64,000 nt of DNA, taken from Fimicolochytrium jonesii (taxonomy: Eukaryota). Under the pieces are notes generated by a model. That model did no database searches, was not told the DNA's origin, and worked only from the letters and a program-made list of their open reading frames with translations. Shown here one piece after another: positions 23,944-36,073 of the stretch. Numbering within the stretch: the first letter of the stretch is position 1; each line of letters starts with the position of its first letter. The stretch spans positions 186,001 through 250,000 of the forward strand of contig NW_026515669.1 in NCBI RefSeq assembly GCF_025526975.1, read 5' to 3'. Made by a program: the position numbers and the translations under genes.

Positions 23944-26360
23944 TTATGCATGGTCCACAATCCCCTCGCTCTGCCCAGTCATATCATCCATAATCCTGTC
24001 CGCAAGATCCCTTACCTAGAAATAGAAGAAGAAAAAAAAACAATCATCGCATCAAGCCCTTTGCCCCATGATCCCTAGTCCCTCAACCCATCACGAATGT
24101 AAAAAAAAAAAAACGAATGCAGTGGTGCCCTGATACATACATGCTCCGGCCTAGCCAAAATCCCTCGAATCCTCCTCCTCTCCCTAGCCAACTGCTCATT
24201 CAACCCCTGCACCAACCTCATCCGTTCCCTCGCGGCCTCCTCCATGCTCGCCCTCCACCCCCTCTGCAGCATCCTGCTGCGCCTCACCGAGTCGGCGATG
24301 AGGGAGCGGTACGTCGGGGAGTCGGGCGGCGGCGGGGGGGAGCGCAGGACCTCGGTGCGGTGGATGGGGAGGGTGCGGCGTTCGGATTTGCCGACGTAGC
24401 GGGAGATGATCGAGGTCGTCGCGTTGGCGTCGAAGAGGACCCGGCGGGTGACGGGCAGGGTGTTGGGGTGGGCTGAGGGCTTAACGAGGGGGTGAGAAAA
24501 CGGGTTGTCTGCATAGGATAGGTTATGAAGGTTACCAGTGATGTGAGAGCGCCTTTGGGGTTGTCTTGCGCGGTGTCGGCGCCGCTCATCAGATCCAGGA
24601 AGTTTTGCTCTACACGACCCAACACGGGGTTCAGTTGCCTCACATCCCCTCGAACCCCCTTTCCGTCCCCCTCCATTTTGCCTCGAGGCATACCACCCAC
24701 CCTGATCCTTCCGGCCCTCCTTGTTCACGGTCGACTTGTTCAACCGGGCCGACCGCACCCCTTGCGTCCACCCGCTCGCAAACGTCGGCCGCATGCCCAC
24801 GATCCATTCCGACAGTACGTCGGCGATGGAGACGGCGAAGGCGGGGTCGAAGTTGGGGAGGGAGTCCGGGAAGCAGTCGGTGAAGGCGAGGGTGGTGGAT
24901 TGGCTTATTAGATTTGTGTAGAGCTATGCCAAGAAATGGATGATAAGGGGGTTTTTTCGACATTCAGCGCGGGGGAGAGGTGGGAAGGAGGGAGGTAGGG
25001 AACTTACGAAGCTGAGCTCGTCACGGTCTCTAGAGGCGGTTTGCAAGAGGATCTGGACATAGTTCTGCGCGATCCGGCCGAACAGCTGGTCTTTCAGACT
25101 CTCCGTCTCCTTCTCCCAGATCTGTGTCTCCTTCAGCTTGGCTTCCTTCGCCTCAGCATCATCATCACCCGCAGGAGAAAGCTCGCTGCACCTCATCGAC
25201 GACGCATCCCTCTCCAACCCATTCGGCTTCGCCGTTTCCGGCGCGCCACCACCCCGAAACCGGTCCAACCAAATCCACCAGAAGTAATCACACAGAATAT
25301 GTTCCGTCTGCTCCAACGCGATTTTGGCCCGGAAGCGCGGGCGGTTGACTGTTGGCGCGAGGTTGTGGCCTTGGGAGATGGCGCGGGTGAGGGTTTTGCG
25401 GGGGGAGATGCCGTGGGGTAGGAGGTGGGAGGCGTTGGGGAGGCCGGGGAAGGATGCTTGCTGTTTTGTGGGGTGTGAAGACGTTTTTTTAGACTTTTGG
25501 GAAGGGGTGGTTTTATGTGTGAGCGATCTTTTGGGGGGTTTACCTCGACGGTTCGGACGAGCCGAGCTGGGGGGTGCACGTATTCTTTGACGTTCTTGTT
25601 TTCTGTGGGCTGGTCTGGTACCTCAGTCAAGAACACTTTTGCGGAAATCAAGTATCAGCTAATACTCCAACATCCAAGCCCATTTGGGTCGCTATCGGTG
25701 CCGAAAGGGCATACCTGAATCGAATATGCGATTGCCTGCAGCTATGCTCATCGGGCCTCGTTCTTCTTCATGCAACTGCAGCTTGACGTCGATCGCAAAG
25801 TCCGACAGGCGGAGATCGGTCGCGATCTTTTGGATGCGGGTGTTCAACTCGTCCAATTGCCATCTGCTTACGCCTACGAACGATATGTGGGAAGTCACTT
25901 TCCAACGCTCGCCGCTCGGCCACTTTGTTCCCTCACACCCGTACATAAAAGATGCGAGTTCTTACGTTTTATGCCAGTGACTCGCGCACATGTCCCCTCC
26001 GCCCCATCACCATCTACAGATTGAACACTGCCCATTTCAGCGTCAGAAAACAGACGAGGATAAAAAACGTGGCAAGCGCGCAATCTAACCTTGATCAAAG
26101 ATAGGAACATCGACCCTCGGCCACACATCCTTGGGAAGCATTGCGCCCGTGTCGCCGTGGTGGGCGGTGATGAGTGCCGCTGTATCGCTTGGTGGGCGAT
26201 GTATGGCCGCAGTGCTTTCGTCTTTCCACTCTAGGGTGTGGTTGTCGCGGACTTCGTAGAAGCCCACGTCTGGGGACGAACCCCCCAAACGGAAATCCTC
26301 AGCTTGGGGTTCATTTTCGGCCCTGTCCAGTTCTGGCGCTTCCATGATATTTCTCTCCAT
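23944..26360 (-). CDS. FAM227 / FWWh-domain protein (multi-exon)
   Basis: Motifs ILCDYFWWIWLDRF, LFGRIAQNYVQILL and AFTDCFPDSLPNFDPAF. Start codon and terminal exon (inferred stop at 23944) are approximate. Confidence 0.7.
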
Positions 26361-26821
26361 CTACTACAGCGTCCCTTCGGAATAATATGTTCTAGCTATT
26401 AGTGGTCCGAATTGGAGGTCAGAGGCAGGCGGGAAGCCCTCCTCCGCCTATGGAAGGTGGAAGACCTTAAGCTCCGGGTGAGGAAGCAACTCTAAGGGAT
26501 ACATGCTTTCTCTCCTCCTCAGGGCCTTTTTCGAGTTTGGGAAGAAAACAAGGTTTTACGCCTAACGTTGTGTCGTAGTGTCTCGTGGAAGGAAGCGGGG
26601 CGGGCAACGAGTGGGAATGTTCTGCGTGGTGACCTCACGCGCCCCTCGACTAACTAGTACTAAGTAGTAACTAGTCCTCCCTTTTCGCCCCGTCACCCCC
26701 TCGTCATACACTAGCCCTTCGCTGAACTTACTCGGCGTCGCTGCATTATCGTGGCCTAGACGGATAAAGCCAGTCCTCGCCTTTTCTCCTTCTCAGCTTC
26801 CCTGATCTGCATACACCCCAG

Positions 26822-26845
26822 CCCCCCCCCCCCCCCCCCCCCCCC
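26822..26845. repeat. Poly-C/poly-G homopolymer (24 bp)
   Basis: 24 consecutive C about 40 bp upstream of the QNS1 ATG. Confidence 0.95.
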
Positions 26846-26884
26846 TGCTTACTCACTTTTTGCGCCTGCTATTCCCAATCCACG

Positions 26885-29800
26885 ATGGGCCACTACATCA
26901 CACTCGCAACTTGCGTCCTCGTAAGTATATAACCCCTCCCAGAGAGAGCTGCGTCGAAAGTCTTCTTAGTCTAAACCCCTTTGAACTCCATCCAGAACCA
27001 ATGGGCCTTGGACTTTCAGGGGAACTACGAGAGGATACTCGAAAGTATCAGGCTGGCGAAAGAGGCCGGCGCTAGATATCGTCTGGGGCCGGAACTAGAG
27101 ATTACGTATGTAAGGGAATGCGAGAGAGCCATGAGCTTTGGTTCGGATGGCGACCGTCAGATCCATTAGCGAGCGGAGCGAGCAGCGTATCGTTCAACCA
27201 TCCATTGCCTATCCAAACCAACCAACCAACTTTCGCTTCGCTCCATAAACTTCCCGCTGACTTATTATCACCTCTTGATCTGCTGCACAGAGGATATGGA
27301 TGCAACGACCACTTTTACGAGGGCGACACGTACCTCCACTCTTGGGAAGTCCTGGCGAAGCTTTTGGAAGACGATGTCTGCCAAGACATGCTTATCGACG
27401 TTGGAATGTGAGCCGTCCATTCTCTTCCAACGACCATTTGAAGTATTGGTTTGACACCCCCATCCCATCCCAGGCCCGTCGCCCACAAAAACGTGAAATA
27501 CAACTGCCGCGTCATCTTCTTCAACAAAAAGATTCTTCTCATCCGGCCCAAAATGTTCCTGGCCAACGACGGCAACTACCGCGAAATGCGTTGGTTCGCC
27601 TCATGGAAGAAGTATCGCCAAGTCGAGGATTTCTACCTGCCCCGCCTCATCCAGAAAATCACGGGACAGCACACCATCCCCTTTGGCGACGCCGTAGTCG
27701 CCACGCGCGACACCGTCCTCGGCACCGAGCTCTGCGAGGAGTTGTTCACCCCGGACAGCCCCCACATCCACCAGGCTCTAGACGGGATCGAGATCTTCAC
27801 AAACAGCAGTGGAAGCCACCACGAGTTCCAGAAGCTCGACACCCGCATCGATTTGATCCGTGGCGCGACGCGCAAGTCGGGCGGGATCTACCTGTATGCC
27901 AACCAGCAAGGGTGTGACGGTGAACGGGTCTACTATGATGGAGGTGGTTTGATCCTCATGAACGGCGAGATCTTGGCGCAGGGGACACAGTTCTCCCTCA
28001 AGGACATTGTATGTTTCCAACGTCTTCTACTATGGGTCTGACTGAGTAACACACATGGCAGCTCACATTCTATACCCCGCGTCGACTCAAGGAAGTGGTG
28101 ACCGCAACAATGGACATCGAGGAAGTCCGATCGAAACGTGGAGACCAACCCAGCCGCATGAGTCAGGCTTCCATGGCGCCCGCCTACCCGCGCGTCTACG
28201 CAGACCTGGCTTTGACGCAGGATATCTTCCTGGATGGTCAAATCATACGGCCCACTGACGCTCGACCACCGTTTTATCACACCCCTGAGGAGGAGATCCG
28301 GTAAACTGCGATAGTCGTGAGTTTTTTCACCCCTTCTCATGTCTCTGAGGTCGTTGACTCGCCTTCTCGACCTCGTAGATACGGCCCAGCATGCTGGCTC
28401 TGGGACTACCTCCGCCGCTCCAAATCCGGCGGCTTCTTCCTCCCGCTCAGCGGCGGGCTCGACAGCTGCTGTACGGCCATCATCGTCTATTCCATGTGCG
28501 ATCTGGTTTGCAAGGCTGCCAAGAATGGAGGTGAGAATCGGCCATTGTCGACTGGAGTGTGGCAAGGTGAATCCTCTGACTCCCATCGCATTCGCATTGA
28601 GCAGAGAAACAAGTGATAGCCGACGCCCGCAGAATCGCCGGCGAGCCACCGGAATCCACCTATATTCCGGAAACACCACAGGAGTTCAGCGGGTAATTTA
28701 TGCCCGTAGCACATCTCTACATCCTCACGGAAAGCTGACAACCCCCCTGTCTACTCTCGCATACATACAACAGGAGGATCTTCCATACCTGCTACATGGG
28801 CACATCCAACTCCAGCGCCGAGACCCGCGCGCGTGCCAAACATCTCGCTGAATGGATCGGCAGGTAAACATCATATCCCCCCACTCTCACGTCTCACAAT
28901 GGCAATTGCCCCGACTTACACGCCATGGGGATTATGTGTTCAGTTACCATCTAGACATCAACATGGACTCGATCGTGTCCGGCTTCCTGGCCGTGTTCCA
29001 GCTTGCGACGGGGAAGGTCCCGCAGTACAAAGTCCAGGGGGGCACGGAGACGGAGAATCTGGCTTTGCAGAACATTCAGGTTCGATATTTAATCGCTTCC
29101 TGAAAGCAGTTGTTGGGCAGGAAAGTATCGTTTGGGAGGGCTGATGGGGGGGTTTTCCCATGGACAGGCGAGATCTAGGATGGTGCTTGCGTACATGTTT
29201 GCCCAACTGCTGCTGTGGATCCGGGGCCGGTTTGGCGCGCTGTTGGTGCTTGGGAGCTCTAATGTCGATGAAACGTACGTAGACACACCCTTTTCTTACC
29301 TGTGAAGGATGCCCGCGCCGCCGGAGCATGCATGGGCTGATCCTGATTATCACCCTCCCGTGTCGAAATAAAACAACAGGCTTCGAGGATACTTTACAAA
29401 ATACGACTGCTCAAGCGCCGACGTCAATCCCATCGGCGGGATCAGCAAGATCGATCTGCGCAAGTTTGTCAAGTACTCGAAGACGGAGCTTGGGTTGGAT
29501 ATCTTGCAAGAGTATGTGCGCGGACCCACACCCCCCACCACCACCACCCGCCGCCGTGGCTAAAACATGGTTGAATTATTTCCTCACCAGATTCCTAGAC
29601 GCCAACCCCACCGCGGAACTCGAACCCACCACCGCCAGCTACGTACAAGGCGACGAGGTCGACATGAAGATGACGTACGAGGAGCTCTCCATCTACGGCA
29701 CGCTCCGGAAAGTCGGCAAGAGCGGCCCGTTTGGCATGTTCTCCAAGCTGTTGCATCAGTGGGGTCATATCCTGTCGCCCAAGGAGGTAAAAAACAAAAA

Positions 29801-30107
29801 TCATGCCTGTCATTCATTCCCATCAGACTGATTCTCCATTGATGATGATTAGATTGCGGAGAAAGTAAAGACCTTCTTCTTCTACTACTCCATCAACCGG
29901 CACAAAACCACCATCCTCCCACCGTCGTACCACATGTCGCACTACTCCCCGGACGACAACCGGTTCGATCTCCGCCCGTTTTTGTACAACTCGGCGTGGA
30001 CGTGGCAGTTCAGGAGGATCGACGAGGGCGCCGAGGCGGTTACGAGGATGGCGGGGGAGAATCCGGTGGAGGGGAGGGTCGGGGGTGCTGCTGCGAAGAC
30101 AGGGTGA
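26885..30107 (+). CDS. QNS1: Glutamine-dependent NAD+ synthetase (13 exons, 12 GT-AG introns)
   Basis: Motifs [77 protein letters not shown] and [13 protein letters not shown]. Confidence 0.96.
27155..27203 (+). repeat. Intronic GCGAGC-rich repeat, copy A (QNS1 intron 2)
   Basis: 27169-27203 matches the reverse complement of 46890-46924 at 32/35 nt. The CGTCAGATC..TTAGCG segment is also shared with 46954-46981. Confidence 0.8.
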
Positions 30108-30332
30108 TTGAACGGAACCGCTGAGGTCGGGTGGACATTTGGACGCCGTAGGAGTTTTTTTCTTTTCATTTTTTCATATATGTTGCGATTTTATGTACAT
30201 AAACATACACAGTAGAATGCCCGAATCAGCGTGCAGTGTGCCCCGATGTGTGTGTGGCATGGCAGCTCCTGTATCTTCCCCCGTCAAAATTGCTGGTGTC
30301 GCTCAGAATCCCCGTTCAGCTTCCTACGTCCG

Positions 30333-30815
30333 CTAGTTCGCGGCGCTGATATATTGCACTGCGAATGAAGAGGGGAACGACATATGAGCCGCTTTCACAT
30401 CCGGCCCCAATGCATACGATCGGCGTGGGACCCCTACCGTTATTCCCCCGGATGAAACAATCCCCGTATCTGTTCTTCAGCTGCCCGTTCACATACTCCT
30501 CGGTATCCTCCAACGCTATGTTCTGCAAGATCGTTTGTGTGAGTAGACCAAGTCCTTCCTCTCTCCACAGGAATCGAAACTGTACACTGTCGTACCATGT
30601 ATCCGTCAAGACATGCCAACCGGCCTACATAGGGCGACAGAAACAAGGGGGGTAAGCAAGATTGGAACCGCCGCGCCGCACAACGTCGAAAAAGGGATAT
30701 ACAGACCACGGTAATTGACGCCGGAGTTAAGCTTGACGATGACGGGCTGGCCAATGACGTTGTTGAGGAAGTCCGTGGGGGATTTCAGCTTTGCGGATGG
30801 CTGGGGGTGGTTCAT
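30333..30815 (-). CDS. LSM6: U6 snRNA-associated Sm-like protein Lsm6 (4 exons)
   Basis: Spliced product SPTDFLNNVIGQPVIVKLNSGVNYRG-LACLDGYM-NIALEDTEEYVNGQLKNRYGDCFIRGNN-VQYIS. Confidence 0.92.
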
Positions 30816-31057
30816 TGTTGGGGAGGGCCGTGCGGCTGGTGCGTGAATGGGATGGTTGAAATGTCGCAGCGGGCAGGAAGAGTCTTGCCTGACACGGGCA
30901 AACGCGGGGACGACCTGAACCGACATGAACCTGACATGAACCATTCACGGCATCGACTCGATTTGGACCGTTGCTTCTGAATTGCATTCCCACGTTTCAC
31001 TCACCCCACAACAGCAACACACACACACACCCCCGCGACGAACTCATCCCCGCAGCA

Positions 31058-31975
31058 ATGTCGCCCCTCATCCGCGCCGTCGCCCGCTCCTCCAGGCCGC
31101 TGGCCGTTGTTACCCGCACCCGGGCGTTTTCGGCGGCTGTCGTGACACGGCAAGGTTCGTTTTGGGGCGGTGGGGGGCTGGGCCGTTCGCGTAGCGGTTG
31201 TTAGCGGCGTGGAGGGGATGGAGAGGCCGGCTTGGGGAGCGCCGGGGGGTGCAGGGGTGGGGAGGATTTGGATGTTGGAGTGTGTGGGGAATGGGGATGC
31301 GGTTTGGATGGGTTGGTTGTGCGCTGAGTAGGGGCGGAGTGAACGGCTAGATGGTAGGAGGGTTGCCGTGCACCTTAGGTGGGCTGGACAGCAGGAGGGA
31401 AAACTATTATGGAGAAAGACTGGCCCTGCTATCCGACTCAATATGGTCATTTCCTGCGACCTCGACCGCAGTCCCAATGCGGGAACAAGGAAGACCCCCA
31501 TATGCTAACCAAAAGCCGTTCATGCCCCCCACATAGCCACTCCCACCACCCAATCCACCCACGAAGACTCTCTCGTCGGGTTCCGGGAAGAAGGCCAGAT
31601 CCCCACCAACCACGAGCTGATGACCGGCAACGAGCGCTACGAGTACCTCGCTCGTTTGGCGGGCAAGGAGCCGTGGGAGGAAATGCAGCCAATCTACCTT
31701 ACTGCTCGTGGGACGACGGCGAACCCGATTGTGATTAAGGGTGCGGATCCGGAGAGATATATTGCGTGTACTGGTAGGTTTCTTGGAATGTTGTACGGCC
31801 ATGTAGAAGCAATGAGCCCGCGATCTTGAAAACCCATATTACAGGCTTCCCAGCGGACTCCCATGAAGCGATATGGTTGACCATTCGTGACCATGGCAAG
31901 AAGAAGGCGGACAGGTGCCCGCACTGCGGGAATGTGTTCAAATACGACCAGGAACATAGCCACGGTCACCATTAG
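31058..31975 (+). CDS. COX4: Cytochrome c oxidase subunit IV (COX5B family)
   Basis: Mitochondrial-type presequence, then PTNHELMTGNERYE, GTTANPI, RYIACTGFPADSH and RCPHCGNVFK (Zn ligands). Introns are 31155-31536 and about 31774-31844. Confidence 0.92.
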
Positions 31976-32454
31976 GAACTTTTTCTGATTGACTCTGACG
32001 AAATTACAAATACTTTATGCAAACCATGTTTCTGCGAAGTGTGCTCAATCGAAACGGCCTTGATTGTGTGAATGCGCAAGTGGACATCGGCTCTGCGAAA
32101 CATCTCATCGTCGGGCGCCCGACCTGCGGTACAATGGATTCCGTCTGATGATGTGGCTCGCTCTACAGTGCCATCCGTGCAGGGACCTTTGAGGAAGTTC
32201 TAACTGCAATTAGTGAACAGGACAAGAGGGGATGCCCAGCCGGCCAAGCGAAGTTCTCCTCAAGGCGCCCAGGTCCAGATATATCTCTGCCAAAGTACAC
32301 TAACTGATGCAACATGGTGGATGATGTATTTTGATGGTGACAGATGAAACACAGTCGGCTAATACAAATACACACTCTTCGTAGGAATTGCTAGCTGGCT
32401 AGGCTCTCATATCACAAGGACTTATAGATAGGAAAGTATTGCCCTACATTCGCA

Positions 32455-33366
32455 CTAAGCCTGCGCATTCTCGAACCATCCATCAATCGCCTCAAAGAGT
32501 GACCGGCCTGTGTGTTCCCAATTCAGCCACGCCTTGGTTTTATGTGCCGTCGTCTTGTTGGAGAAGCTCATAACCATTCCCACAAATCCAAGGGGCCTCC
32601 ATCGCTTGTTCTTTCGAGATGCCCCTAGTCTCATAACCGAGCGCGGACCCCAATCCTCCCTGCGATCTTCTTCACCGGCGTGCCCTCCTCCGCAACGGGG
32701 GTGAAGGAACGAACCCACAGGCGCAAGAGTCTCATCAAGAGCAAGCACGTACACCCTCGCGGCGTCCTCGAGATCCACCGACGGCCACAGCTGCGACCCA
32801 TCGTTAATGTACAGTACGGCCACGTATCCGTTCCTCCTGGCCGCCCTCGCGTTGCGCATCGATGAAATCGTGAACGCGGCCCCACAATGTGCGAGACGGG
32901 CGGGCAGGCGGATGACGAAGAGCACGCACGCCCTTGGACACATACGAGAGCCGCGACCGCTTCAGCGTCGCCGCGGGGGAAGCCGGGATTAGCCGCTTTG
33001 GGACACGTCTCGTCCTCGCCGGCGGTGCCGAGCGTGCCGGAGGTCATCAAAAACGTGCGGTAGGGCGTCGCACATGGTCGTGATCGTGGCTCGGTCGTTC
33101 GCACAGGCTTCCAAGCCCTTGCCCTGTAGTACCAGACCCCAGATCGAACGATGCGTGTATGACGGCGTCTGCTTCGGAAGCTGCCCTTTGCGAGGAGGGG
33201 GAGATCCGTGTCGGTGCCGCGAACGACCGTGGCACCGAGCTTGCGGGCTTTTTCTGCCAAAGTGTCGGAACGGGCGAGTGCTGAGACCGTGTGCCCCGGC
33301 TGCTACGAGTTGGGGGATGAGGGCGCTGCCTAGCATGCCCGTTGCGCCTGTGATGAAGACCTTCAT
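32455..33366 (-). pseudogene. Frameshifted extended-SDR / NAD-dependent epimerase-dehydratase
   Basis: Homologous blocks MKVFITGATGMLGSAL, ADAVIH, FLMTSGTL, VIRLP, WPSVDLEDAARVYVLAL and VAEEGTPVKKIA are spread over all three frames, with no intron signals between them. Confidence 0.75.
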
Positions 33367-33488
33367 GGTAATGAACTTGTGGATGGGGCGAAGTGGGTGA
33401 AGTGGAATGCTCTGTGGTTGATGTTACAGGGAAGCAGAAGATGATACTGGAAGCGAAATCTCATGGGACCTTGGATGTTCTGGCTCCC

Positions 33489-33495
33489 TTTTATA
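33489..33495 (-). promoter_or_regulatory. TATA box (TATAAAA) upstream of the SDR pseudogene
   Basis: CCTATAAAAGGG on the minus strand, about 125 bp upstream of the ATG at 33366. Confidence 0.45.
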
Positions 33496-33908
33496 GGCAT
33501 CGCCGAAGCTGTGGGGGCTGCGGGCTCCTGATTGCTTTTCTTTTCTAGCCCAAAGGACGGAGAGTCCATGCTCAACCTTCACATCCAGGTCACTGGGGCC
33601 CTTCCCCCAAGGGAGTCCGGAGTTGACGGTTGATATGGACTGCAGTGTGCACAATCGCTCATTCGTTCTGCCCCATGGTGTCTATCTACATTCAAACCCA
33701 CAACATTTACAGTGTGTTCAAAAATGCCGCACAGAATCAAACTGGTGCTATGCAGAAAGCTGATTCTATAGAGGATGAATGTTTCGAGAAAGCACGGAAG
33801 TTCTGCACCTATGTGCGATGCCCGTAAGCGGGTGCCTTCCAGTGATATGCTGACATCGTTCATGGTATAAAAGGTGGCTCGTAAAGGAAAGCATGTTGAC
33901 ATTCGCCG

Positions 33909-35281
33909 CTACACCGAGTCGCTTGCTCTCTCGACTTGCCCCCCATCCTCCGGAAAGACCTTCTTTGCAACCTCCGCGTCTCCCTCTTCCAAGTTTTCGC
34001 GCGAGGCACGCGAGCTAAGACTCGACGCTGATCGGATGATGCAAAGGCTCCTCCCCCTTGCACCCATGGTCACCGATTTTGGGAAATCGGACGCTAGACC
34101 ACTGCCAGTAGCCGGCATGCGAGTTGCAGTTTCGCCCGATACTGTGTACACTTGTTTCAAGGTGGTTCCGAATTGTAAATTAGTCACTGCCCGCAGCAGG
34201 ATGGTTGCGTTGGTAACTTGCGAATCAAAGAGTACGGGGTATCCCAAATAGATCAGGATCTAATGTTTGAGCAGAAAGGATATTATTTGACGGTTTGCGT
34301 GGTGTTGCAACATGAAAAAAGCCGTACAAAGGTACCTTAAGGAGCACATCTAGCACCACCGTCGTCCAGATGAGTCCATAATGCATCCACAATCGCCGCC
34401 AAAACTCCGCCCCAGCCGATTTTCTCACAACATTCGATGAGACAGTGCCGTTAGTGCGCACTGCAGCGCGCGCAGTCGAGAAGCGCCCCGCAGCACTCTC
34501 CGCCTTTTCCACTCTCAGGATCAAAAGCAGGTCGGATATCGTGGCCAGCACCTCCGTCGCAATCACCAGCGCTACGTTCAATGGCTTGAACACCTCCTTA
34601 TTGATCGCCGACGCGTTCACCCCTTGGTGTTTCTCGATGCTCGATGGGAACCCCATATAGATGGGTATCAGGACGATGGCGGTCAATGGGTACAGCGCGA
34701 GGCAGTAGTAGGAAAGCGTCTGCGGGCGCCATTTTTGCTGCGAGACGCTGGCGAGCGCGATGAATGTGCGTATGATTGTGTTGTGGTTGACGCATCCGAG
34801 TCCGAGCTGGCTGGGTAAGCATATTAGTTATCTTTTGCATGTCGCAAGCGGCCGGAAACCAGCGACGGGCCGGTCCGTCGCGGAGAAACCAACAGAAAGG
34901 CAAGCTCGTACCTGAACTCCCCAAAATATTATCATCAATACAAAATTCTGCGCGGCAAGTAAGCGTTAGAATTATTGACTCGACACAGACCGTCAACGGC
35001 ATGAAACCTCGTGTGCCCCGTGGCGAGCGCCACCGGTTGAACTGAGATGGACGTACCTGCAAGATGTACAGTTCCCCTGTTTGGTTGAGCCCCAAACTGA
35101 TAACTCCGGCAACAACGACGAACGAGCAGACAAGAATCAGAAACTTTTGCCGATCTCGGTCCTTGATCACTTTTACGGACACTCCATGCTGCATGAAGTT
35201 TTGTATCGCTAGAGTGATGACCATTCCGCACACGATGGACCCGCCTTCCAGCGGGATCACATTCTTGACCGGCATCGACAT
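33909..35281 (-). CDS. Orphan multi-pass membrane protein (multi-exon)
   Basis: Hydrophobic exons (GSIVCGMVITLAIQNF, KFLILVCSFVVVAGV, VALVIATEVLATISDLLLILRV, YGLIWTTVVLDVLLK, GYPVLFDSQVTN) joined by GT-AG introns, with a polar C-tail. Confidence 0.65.
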
Positions 35282-35982
35282 GCTTGCAGGCGGTATAGTG
35301 GCTTATAGATCTTGCGCCTACGGGTTGACAATGCAGAAATGTTTGAAAAGTGGAATACGTGTGCCTTATTTTTGTGTTGCGGTCAACTGCCGAACACAAG
35401 GTCGCTGACCCTGAAATTTGGCTGCATTTACGCTTAACTACGTAGATGAAGCACAGACAAGGACCAACTCATCAAAACACGCTTTCCGCAAATCGAATTG
35501 ACCGGCGAGAGCATACCTGATTCTCACTTTCTACATGGGTACCTCCATTTTAGTTCAGGCAATCCCCCGGCCTGGATGAAGTCAGGGACTCAATTTACTG
35601 AGTGACAGGATCTTTGACAGGATGGTGAGCTTGTAAAGTGATGACTCAGCACAACGCGGTCGAAACGCCCCAGTTGGTGCCGCCTGCTCCGTCCCTTGGC
35701 GTGAAGTTCACCCGCATGTCCCTGGGGCTTCTGAAGTTCAAGTTGGGCCATGTGTTCTCTGCATGGAGTTCCAAGAAGTCTGATCTGAACATACGCAGAG
35801 TCGCCCCCAGGGAGACACACGATGATGGCCGGCCCAAAGGCACGTTCGTCAATTGACTGCCGACTACCTTGGCGGGTGGGGGTTGCGGGAGCAGCAGCCG
35901 AAATACCTGACATATTGGATTGCTCATCTGGCGATTTTGGCTGCAAATAGCTCTCATAGTAGCGACTGTTCTAAAAGCCGAG

Positions 35983-35990
35983 TATATAAA
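35983..35990 (+). promoter_or_regulatory. TATA box (TATATAAA) of the SPFH gene
   Basis: Canonical TATA about 90 bp upstream of the ATG at 36074. Confidence 0.5.
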
Positions 35991-36073
35991 TGACGACGAG
36001 CGGGATCGTTTCCCCCTGCTCAGAAATTTGTCACTCACACATCGAACATATCGCACAACAAAAGCCTTCCATA

